A stretch of 64,000 nt of DNA from a virus (taxonomy: Duplodnaviria > Caudoviricetes). The position numbers were made by a program, and so were the translations under genes. The stretch is taken from the IMG/VR virus record IMGVR_UViG_3300037400_001903, positions 13,212-77,211 of that record. One strand, 5' to 3'. The notes below the pieces were generated by a model. It saw only the letters and a list, made by a program, of their open reading frames with translations, was not told the origin of the DNA and did not search any database. Positions 56,510-64,000 of the stretch are shown one piece after another (position 1 is the stretch's first letter; the number at the start of each line of letters is the position of its first letter).

Positions 56510-59500
56510 TTAATTTGGTAATAAAAATGTGATATAACTAGGGTCAAAATATATACTTGATACAGGTATTTGTGTATCTTCTGCATTAGTATCAAAAGCA
56601 AGTATGTCGCCACAATTCATTGTTAATGTACCATTTACATAGCTAGCTGATATATTTATAGATACTGAGAAAGTATTAACACTACCATACGGATTATTTG
56701 TTGAAGATAATGTTTGACTTAATGTTACAGAATGCGAAGCTGGTCCAGATGGTATACAATAAGCAATTCTGGCACAAACCTCATTTTGAAAATAAACTCT
56801 TAACATACCATTTACATATAAAGGAACTCCTGCATCTCTTTCAGAAGATGAACCACCGAAAGAAGTTGTTGATTTTGAAGATGCAGTATAACACTTGTAC
56901 CCATTTAATGAATTACCAGTTTCCCAAGCACTAGAAGCACTACTTATTCCATATACAGCATAACTTTTTATTGTTAACTTAGATAAGCCAGGGTCACCCT
57001 TAGGGCCTTGTGAACCTGGGTCACCTTTATCACCCTTATCACCCTTATCACCTTTATCACCTTTGGCTCCATTAGTACCATTAGTACCGTTTGTTCCTGG
57101 GTCACCTTTAGCACCTTTAATGTTACACTCTTCTGTCCAAGATGTCCCACCTTGGCATCTGTAAATTTTATAAGAGTTAGTATCTAAATACATATCGTTT
57201 CTATTTGCCGAAACTCTTGTATCAGGATTACCTTGACCAGTCTGCCATGTATTACCATCAGCACCATTTTGCCCATGCTCTATTTCAAATGCTTGAGCTT
57301 GTGATGTTCCATCATCAAATAATAAATTATAAACATTCTTAGTATCATCTGATTCTGTTAAATTTTTTTCTACTCTTAAGATACTTTTACCTGGAGTTCC
57401 ATCTTGACCTCTAGCAAGAATATCTGTTTTAGCATCATTTATATACCAATAACCATCTACACCTATTGTTACATCATCTTTAGCTTTAACACCAGTTGAT
57501 GTTGAGCCTATATACCATTCGCCAGACTCTTGGTCGATATGTGGTGTAGTACCATCAGAACCAGGAGCTCCTTGTATATTGTAAAGTTTTAATTGATATG
57601 TGTCATCTTGTCCTGTAACAGGGTCAAGAATACCATACATAGTTTGACTGTTACTATCTGGCTCAACTAATACTTGTGGAGCAAGTGAAGGTGCTGGACC
57701 TGTTTCTCCTGTTTCACCTTTAGGACCTCTTAATCCACCAAATGTAAATGTAAATTTTTTATTTGTATTTGTACCACTTGCAACAACAGTAGCTGTTGGA
57801 TTATTATCTGCTATTGTAGTATCATAAGAACACGCTGGAGTATCAAAGCCTGCTGCAGTTCCTGTAGGTCCTTTAAATAAATTTGTGTTTACAAGATTCG
57901 CCCAAGAGTCTGCATTTGTTACATCTGAAGCATCGCTTTCAGCCCAGGCATATTGTATAAATCCAGTTGTGCTGTTATATCTTAAGAAAACTTTATCTCC
58001 TTTAGGACCACGAATTTGAGCACCAGTTGTAAATTGGTCGTTACCACTTGTTGCTACTCTTATACAAATTTCACCATTAGCATTTATATAAGCATCACCA
58101 ACTTCTGTTGCTTCGCTCTGATTTGTTTTTATTTTAACAGATGTTCCAGCAGGACCTTGTGGGCCAGTTGGACCTTGTGGACCGATAGGACCTTGAGGTA
58201 ATGTAAATGTCTGTGTAGTTGCATCACTAAATACAATTAACAACTCTGTCTCACCAGTAAGAAGATATGAAGGTCTAATTTCTACAATAGATTTGCCAAC
58301 ATCACCACGGTCACCCTTATCTCCTTTTGGACCTTGAGGGCCCTGTGAACCTGTATCTCCTTTAGGACCTTTTATGTCACCAATGTATTTGAATATACAG
58401 CCTTCTGTTCTTTTTTCTATACATGTAACAACTTTACCTGTATCACCGATTAAATAACAATAGCCTACTTCTGCTGAAGACATAACTTGTAAACCATTAG
58501 GGTCATTATATAAAATACCAGTATTGTTAGCAGCTATAGCCCACATACCAGATAAGCCTGTGTAAAGAGTACCACGTATAACACCTGATTCACCAGTGTC
58601 ACCTTTAGGTCCTCTTGCTCCATCTTCTCCTGGCTCTCCCTTTTCACCACGTAATGTTGTGTTTTTTAATGGAGCTAGGTCAAAAGTATATGTGTTTTTA
58701 TTATCTAATACATGACCATCAGTTGAATTAAACTCAGCCTGTATAGGTTCATTTGTGTCTGAGTATTTTAATAGTATTGTAGGTACAGGTCCTGGTTCAC
58801 CTTTCTCTCCTTTTGGCCCAGTAATTTTAGCTTCTTGATTTGTTGATGGAATCTCTTCTGAGAATGTAAGATAAAGGCCATCTTCTTTTTGAACTACTTT
58901 AGGATAGTATGTAATACCTTGTGCTTGATACCAAGTATAAGGTCTAGCATTTATAGTAGCTTGGTCTTCATCATCATAATAAACTTTAATACCAAAGAAT
59001 CTTTTATTTGCATTAGCATCAGTAACCATATTCTTTCCTTGAAGATTATCAGCAAATGCAAATGTAAGTCTAGGCGTTTTACCAGATACACCGTTGTTTC
59101 CTTGAATTCCTTGTGGACCTCTTTGACCTACTGCACCAGTTTCGCCTTTAACTCCAGGCACTCCCTGAGGACCTTGAATTCCTTGAGGACCTCTAGCTTG
59201 TTCTTTAGTATGATAGATTATTTTATCATTAGTAATAATTCCCCAGTAGTAACCAGATACACCTGTGAATGTATGCATCTCTTCAGTGTCTCTACCAGGT
59301 GTTTCATCTGTCCAATAATAAGATTCACCATTAGTTAAATAGCTAATAGTTACAGAAGATGCTGATGAGATTATAGGTTGGTTGCCAACTGTATCATTAA
59401 CAAACTCACCTCTAAGTTGTAGATATGTTTGAAGCATCTCAGGTAGTTCTGGCAATGCTTCTAGAGCAGATGTGTACTTTTCTTCAAGTTGACCTACTCT

Positions 59501-59644
59501 TGCATCAAACTCAGAGATTTTATTTGTAGATTCGCTCTTATCAAGTTCAGCTTGTCTGTGCTCATCACGTAAAGCTGTGAGCTCATCAATTAATTCATTT
59601 AATATCTCACTTGTTATTTCTTGACCATGTCTTAATTTTTTCAT
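56510..59644 (-). CDS. Collagen-like tail fibre / receptor-binding protein
   Basis: Multiple interrupted Gly-X-Y runs (GPQGPKGDKGD) and a globular C-terminal domain. Confidence 0.85.
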   Translation of the reverse strand: MKKLRHGQEITSEILNELIDELTALRDEHRQAELDKSESTNKISEFDARVGQLEEKYTSALEALPELPEMLQTYLQLRGEFVNDTVGNQPIISSASSVTISYLTNGESYYWTDETPGRDTEEMHTFTGVSGYYWGIITNDKIIYHTKEQARGPQGIQGPQGVPGVKGETGAVGQRGPQGIQGNNGVSGKTPRLTFAFADNLQGKNMVTDANANKRFFGIKVYYDDEDQATINARPYTWYQAQGITYYPKVVQKEDGLYLTFSEEIPSTNQEAKITGPKGEKGEPGPVPTILLKYSDTNEPIQAEFNSTDGHVLDNKNTYTFDLAPLKNTTLRGEKGEPGEDGARGPKGDTGESGVIRGTLYTGLSGMWAIAANNTGILYNDPNGLQVMSSAEVGYCYLIGDTGKVVTCIEKRTEGCIFKYIGDIKGPKGDTGSQGPQGPKGDKGDRGDVGKSIVEIRPSYLLTGETELLIVFSDATTQTFTLPQGPIGPQGPTGPQGPAGTSVKIKTNQSEATEVGDAYINANGEICIRVATSGNDQFTTGAQIRGPKGDKVFLRYNSTTGFIQYAWAESDASDVTNADSWANLVNTNLFKGPTGTAAGFDTPACSYDTTIADNNPTATVVASGTNTNKKFTFTFGGLRGPKGETGETGPAPSLAPQVLVEPDSNSQTMYGILDPVTGQDDTYQLKLYNIQGAPGSDGTTPHIDQESGEWYIGSTSTGVKAKDDVTIGVDGYWYINDAKTDILARGQDGTPGKSILRVEKNLTESDDTKNVYNLLFDDGTSQAQAFEIEHGQNGADGNTWQTGQGNPDTRVSANRNDMYLDTNSYKIYRCQGGTSWTEECNIKGAKGDPGTNGTNGTNGAKGDKGDKGDKGDKGDPGSQGPKGDPGLSKLTIKSYAVYGISSASSAWETGNSLNGYKCYTASSKSTTSFGGSSSERDAGVPLYVNGMLRVYFQNEVCARIAYCIPSGPASHSVTLSQTLSSTNNPYGSVNTFSVSINISASYVNGTLTMNCGDILAFDTNAEDTQIPVSSIYFDPSYITFLLPN

Positions 59645-59645
59645 T

Positions 59646-62558
59646 TTAATTAACCTCCTCTGGTCTGATTATATTTGTATAGAAATTATATGGGTCACTA
59701 TCTGGAATGTCTATTGCCTCATAATTATAAGTTATACTCGAGAAAGAGAAACGTCCTTTATTCTCAGCTGTTATTGTTGACTCTGCAAGTAGACAAGGAA
59801 ACTTATTAACTACTGTAAATAATTTAGTATCTTGTATTGTTGAATCCAATCTTATATTTTCCTTAGATACTTTGTCCCCTTCTTTAAATATACGTAAATC
59901 ATTTATACTAAACAATTTATTTTTACTATTGTATATAATATGCCCAGCTTCATTTCTAGTAACTAGATTAAAATCAACTTTAGAATGCTGATTTCTATGA
60001 TAATAAACTAGGATGCTAGATATTATTTTATATATCTTAGCGTATTCTAGTTCTTCACCTTTTAATTTTATAGTACATGGAACTACCTCATCCAAATCTT
60101 CATAGGTATCTTCATTGAAGCTTACTAATATATTATTATATAAGAATAAACTCTTACCTTTAAAGTAGATTACATTCTCTGAATTAAAGTATTTTGATTC
60201 ATCCCTTAACCACGGCATAGTAGTTGTTCCATCTTCTAATTGATTAGACATATTGAAATACATTTTAATTCTTATAGCTGGTCGTTCTTGTACTAAATTA
60301 TTACTATTATCAATAGAGAATTTCTCTTTCCATAATAAAGCGTAGTAATCATTAGTTACTTCTGATATACAGCTATTATCATCCCAAGGTATTTCTACAT
60401 CTGAATTCTTATTAAGAACTCTAGTATTACATTGTGTAACTTTAATTACATCATTAGATAAATCTGATGCATTAATATAATAAAGCTTTTTGAAATATTT
60501 AAAGATTAAGATATTATCACATACTTGTATTGTATCAGCATTATCTGATGAAACTGTAGAATTAATTGTACGTCTTTGGTATGGTGAGTAGTAACCAGAT
60601 TGGTCATCATAATCATCACCATTTCCTGATACGATATGGATACTTCCACCAACATTATCTGCATTAGCGAAACAAATAATATTACCTTGGAAAGGTATAG
60701 CTTTTATTAAAGCTTCATTCTTTGTTGTCTTAAATGATAAGCAACCCCTATCTGTAACATAACCAGGATTGTTTAATATAGTTTTGAACCATTTACCTGT
60801 ATTATAATTGTCACCATAATAAAGAAGCTTATTACCATCTACTAATATCTTTGTACAAGATTGAACTATATTAAAGTCATCACTTATAGTTAGGTCTTTC
60901 CACAATACACTAGTAGCTTGACCAAAATATTCACCATCAACTTTATCTATTTTATAATCATAGATTGTTGTATATTTTTCTACGCCATCATTAGCATCTG
61001 TATAAGCATAATTGACTTCCTCATAATCTAAATAAGGTTCCCATAAAGTTGTAGAATCTTTCATAAGAGAAAATATATTATTGGTATAAGCAGAAGCATC
61101 ATGTCCACTTACGCATCTATAAACTATATTATTATAAAGTGTTAAATCACCTGCAGAAAATACGCTTTTATTAGCAAGATTCCATTCAGGTACAACTACA
61201 TTAGGTGTCTCAAATGACCTAGCAAATGTAACACGGTATTGAACAGTATCAGCATCTGTTACTTCTATAGATGTATAAGAAGTTTGTGATGATAATCCAA
61301 TAGTCCTTTGATAATTAGGGTCTTGTATTTTAAATGACACAATAGTGTACCAAACATCATTAATACATTTTTCCCATCTAAACCAATAGTTCCTTATATT
61401 GTCACCAACCTGTATATTAAATATAGGTTCTAATAAATAAGTACCAAATAGAGTTTTTCTAATAACTATTCTACCTATTGATGTTGTTACTGTATCTTCT
61501 TGAGAACCTACAGCTAATTCAGGATAAGGACTCATATAATTATAACCTATGTTTGTTATCTCTGAGTTGTTACAGATATGAGGTTCTAGTACATTAGCAA
61601 CTAATTTATTATACTCGACAGATATTGTTATGATTCTTGTACCAGTCATAACATATAGTTTATTGTTAAATGTAGCAGCTTCAATCTTTCTAGAATTCTG
61701 GAATGTTAATGTACTGAAGAAAGAATAATTTGTATTAAAAGAAGAACTCTTTAAAAATAAGGATGTATCTTCTAAGGAACTATATCTGTTATAATGATTA
61801 TCTATACATTTATATAACTTGTTGTTGTATGAAACAACTGTGTCAACTTCCCATCTTGCTATTTTAGTAATCTCCCAGTTAATTGGTGTTCCTTCATAAG
61901 AATCTATTTCTTCCCAGTATTCTTCATTTGTTGGTAGGATTATTGTTTTCTCAAAAGGAACTAAACATACATACTTTACTGTGTATAATCCTTCAATCTC
62001 CTCAAAATAATCACCACGTTCAATCATTCCTGATAAGACTGTATCCCAAGCGTCTCTTTTATTTAATAGAAGTTCAGCCCCAGTGATATCATTCTTTATA
62101 TAGTCTTGAATGAAACCATCATGTTTATCTGGAACTATATCTGTTTTTTGAAGTGTAGTTAATCCTTCGAATACATTTGTCTCATTATATTTTTTAATTG
62201 AGTAGTCTGTTAATTTATAAATATTAAGACGAGATAATTTAATTGTAGTGTTCTCGTTGAAGACAGATTGGTAAAGCTTACCATCAGCAGCAATTATGAT
62301 GTAAGTTATTCTATATGTAAATAAGAAAATACCCTGTATATTTTTAATGTCTTCATCACATGTAATTTTACAAATCTCTTTAGCACCTTTACGTTTAACT
62401 AAAGCACCAGATAAAAATGTCATATTAACACAATCACGCATCTCATTCTTTAATAGATGCTCGTTACTTGGGTCAGTGTTAATACCTCCAGTAAAATCAT
62501 TATATGTTGCAGGTTCATTATAAGTATAAACAGGATAATCTTTATATTTAGTAGGCAT
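59646..62558 (-). CDS. Podoviral tail tube/nozzle (P22 gp10 / T7 gp12-like) protein
   Basis: DFTGGINT...NEMRDCVN...GALVKRKG N-terminal pattern; about 970 aa after a gp11-like adaptor gene. Confidence 0.7.
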   Translation of the reverse strand: MPTKYKDYPVYTYNEPATYNDFTGGINTDPSNEHLLKNEMRDCVNMTFLSGALVKRKGAKEICKITCDEDIKNIQGIFLFTYRITYIIIAADGKLYQSVFNENTTIKLSRLNIYKLTDYSIKKYNETNVFEGLTTLQKTDIVPDKHDGFIQDYIKNDITGAELLLNKRDAWDTVLSGMIERGDYFEEIEGLYTVKYVCLVPFEKTIILPTNEEYWEEIDSYEGTPINWEITKIARWEVDTVVSYNNKLYKCIDNHYNRYSSLEDTSLFLKSSSFNTNYSFFSTLTFQNSRKIEAATFNNKLYVMTGTRIITISVEYNKLVANVLEPHICNNSEITNIGYNYMSPYPELAVGSQEDTVTTSIGRIVIRKTLFGTYLLEPIFNIQVGDNIRNYWFRWEKCINDVWYTIVSFKIQDPNYQRTIGLSSQTSYTSIEVTDADTVQYRVTFARSFETPNVVVPEWNLANKSVFSAGDLTLYNNIVYRCVSGHDASAYTNNIFSLMKDSTTLWEPYLDYEEVNYAYTDANDGVEKYTTIYDYKIDKVDGEYFGQATSVLWKDLTISDDFNIVQSCTKILVDGNKLLYYGDNYNTGKWFKTILNNPGYVTDRGCLSFKTTKNEALIKAIPFQGNIICFANADNVGGSIHIVSGNGDDYDDQSGYYSPYQRRTINSTVSSDNADTIQVCDNILIFKYFKKLYYINASDLSNDVIKVTQCNTRVLNKNSDVEIPWDDNSCISEVTNDYYALLWKEKFSIDNSNNLVQERPAIRIKMYFNMSNQLEDGTTTMPWLRDESKYFNSENVIYFKGKSLFLYNNILVSFNEDTYEDLDEVVPCTIKLKGEELEYAKIYKIISSILVYYHRNQHSKVDFNLVTRNEAGHIIYNSKNKLFSINDLRIFKEGDKVSKENIRLDSTIQDTKLFTVVNKFPCLLAESTITAENKGRFSFSSITYNYEAIDIPDSDPYNFYTNIIRPEEVN

Positions 62559-62559
62559 A

Positions 62560-63258
62560 CTAATCATCCTCCTCTATCTTAATAACTGCATCTTCTTCAT
62601 TGAATTCATCTTCATAAGATAATTCATGAACAATATCTTCTACATAATACTTGTAATTAGATAGAGCTAGGTTAATCTTATCAGAATCTTTAAGCACTCT
62701 AGCTGTATAGAAATAAGCTGCATAAAGTACTAAGGCATCCTCAAACTCTGGTCGTATGTCTAATTCTATGCTCTTAAGTTGGTCAGAATCATTTGGGTCT
62801 AAAGGCATTTCAGGAGCATAAAGCTTTTGATAATAACCAAAAGAAAGTTCCTGAAGATTTAAACCAAATGTAGTGTTCCATTCAATATATAACTTATCAT
62901 TTAGAATATAATAAACTGCTTCCCAATCATCAACCTTACTCCTGAATTTACCGTTTTTAAATAAGCATTGGATACGTTTATCTGTTAATGGTACACGAGT
63001 TGCTACTGTTGCATTATCAGTTAAATATAATCTAAGATAATTTATTTTTCTAATATCTTTAGGAAGGTCAAGGCACATCCAATTTAAGTCTTGCTCAACA
63101 TTTTCAAAATCAGATAAATGTAATTCCTTAAATAATTTATAACCACGGCTTGTTAAGTCTGCCATGCAGTTAGAAATACAAGCTCTTAAAGATGGAAGGT
63201 CAATAACATCTAACCCAGTTGTTCCTATTATTCTTAAGTATAAATCGTATAGTGTCAT
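62560..63258 (-). CDS. Head-tail adaptor (tail tubular protein A-like)
   Basis: MTLYDLYLRI start, FEDALVLYAAY helix near the C terminus; position between capsid and nozzle genes. Confidence 0.6.
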   Translation of the reverse strand: MTLYDLYLRIIGTTGLDVIDLPSLRACISNCMADLTSRGYKLFKELHLSDFENVEQDLNWMCLDLPKDIRKINYLRLYLTDNATVATRVPLTDKRIQCLFKNGKFRSKVDDWEAVYYILNDKLYIEWNTTFGLNLQELSFGYYQKLYAPEMPLDPNDSDQLKSIELDIRPEFEDALVLYAAYFYTARVLKDSDKINLALSNYKYYVEDIVHELSYEDEFNEEDAVIKIEEDD

Positions 63259-63635
63259 TGCTTTGTACCCATAACCCTTTCTATAGTTTTTAATTGTTGG
63301 TCAAGTTCATATCTTCTTTTATTGTTTCCCCAATGTTCTCTCCAGTTTTCATTAGCTTCTCTCTCACTTAGTATATCATCAAGATTTTTAGAGAAATCTT
63401 GGACTTGACATTCTATAATTGTATTTTCATTTAAGTTTTCTAAAAATATAGTTGTGTTATATGAATCACCTGATAAATAATAGGCCTCCATTGTATGTAT
63501 CTCATAAGCTTGTTGAACATTATTAAATACTACAAAAGCATTCCCATTTGTTTTCTTTAAAAATCTATCACAAATATTATTTATATTGCATTTTTTAAGA
63601 TGAGGATTAACCCTCAATATATCTATATAATTCAT
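63255..63635 (-). CDS. Hypothetical protein downstream of the capsid gene
   Basis: GAGGTG RBS, coupled to the adaptor gene. Confidence 0.65.
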   Translation of the reverse strand: MNYIDILRVNPHLKKCNINNICDRFLKKTNGNAFVVFNNVQQAYEIHTMEAYYLSGDSYNTTIFLENLNENTIIECQVQDFSKNLDDILSEREANENWREHWGNNKRRYELDQQLKTIERVMGTKQ

Positions 63636-63663
63636 AATACACCTCATTTGTTTTTATTATAAC

Positions 63664-63695
63664 AAAAAAGGACTGCTCTTTCAAGCAAGTCCTTA
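63664..63695 (-). terminator. Terminator after the major capsid gene
   Basis: AAGGACTTGCT-TGAA-AGAGCAGTCCTT followed by TTTT. Confidence 0.7.
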
Positions 63696-63705
63696 TTGTT
63701 AATTA

Positions 63706-64000
63706 TTATTCTTGAGGGAACTTAACTCCATCTGCTACGCCAGTGATTTGAACTGAAGTTGCACCATCAGCGATACCCTTAGGTAAACCATTGTTTTGGT
63801 AGCTGAAGAATGTACCAGGTTCAGTAACCTTACAATGCTTAAGAACTGCATGGCATCTCCAAGCATCAATATACATATCAGCATACTTATTCATGATACC
63901 TTCATACATTTCTGTACCAGGTCTACGTTGTAATACACCGTTAACTTCTCCTGAAGTAATCCAAGTAAAGTCACGTCCTACAAGTTCACCAATCTTAGTT
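63706..64000 (-). CDS. Major capsid protein, C-terminal part (5'-partial)
   Basis: Frame open to the window edge: FTWITSGEVNGVLQRRPGTEMYEGIMNKYADM resembles HK97-fold podoviral capsid C termini; followed by a terminator and head-tail genes. Confidence 0.65.
   Translation of the reverse strand, partial: TKIGELVGRDFTWITSGEVNGVLQRRPGTEMYEGIMNKYADMYIDAWRCHAVLKHCKVTEPGTFFSYQNNGLPKGIADGATSVQITGVADGVKFPQE

Noticed and set aside
55897-56960. Diversity-generating retroelement TR/VR pair
   Set aside because: Differences are not adenine-specific, include indels, both copies are coding, and no reverse transcriptase is in the window.
19355-62086. Other opposite-strand or off-frame ORFs in the track (e.g. 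19355, 27940, 28924, 32192, 48267, 58889, 61883)
   Set aside because: They overlap well-supported genes or lack an RBS, and show shadow-ORF composition.

Overview
A 64 kb slice of an AT-rich (about 30% GC by eye) tailed phage genome with podovirus-like head-tail genes. It uses the standard genetic code, strong AAGGAGG ribosome-binding sites and near-consensus SigA promoters, which points to a Bacillota/Bacilli host; a wall-less Mollicutes-like lineage is possible but is inference. From left to right: (1) an uninterrupted minus-strand ORF of at least 3576 codons (1-10728), missed by the ORF track because its stop lies outside the window. It carries an intact DEDDh exonuclease domain and a beta-prime-like double-psi-barrel RNA polymerase catalytic motif (R-x-P...GDFDSD). 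(2) An initiator-like tRNA-Met and a leftward operon of small accessory genes, including Tad2/DUF2829 and a circularly permuted ASCH protein. (3) A 2 kb divergent control region (15170-17180) with two structured-RNA candidates, three hairpins sharing a GTAAACG loop, four 38-39 bp palindromic units and an HrcA CIRCE operator overlapping a promoter. (4) A rightward early operon (XRE HTH, MoxR AAA + VWA, DnaG, YkgJ, PemK-like). (5) groEL/groES with putative internal virion proteins. (6) A putative TerS. (7) A replication module (SF3 helicase with a degenerate primase domain, VRR-NUC, SSB, AAA recombinase, PD-(D/E)XK nuclease, Pol A, SNF2). (8) Twin radical SAM genes, tail fibres, membrane proteins, a lipoprotein that duplicates the collagen fibre tip domain, tail tube proteins and the 3' end of the major capsid gene. 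All family assignments come from motif recognition by eye; no database searches were run.
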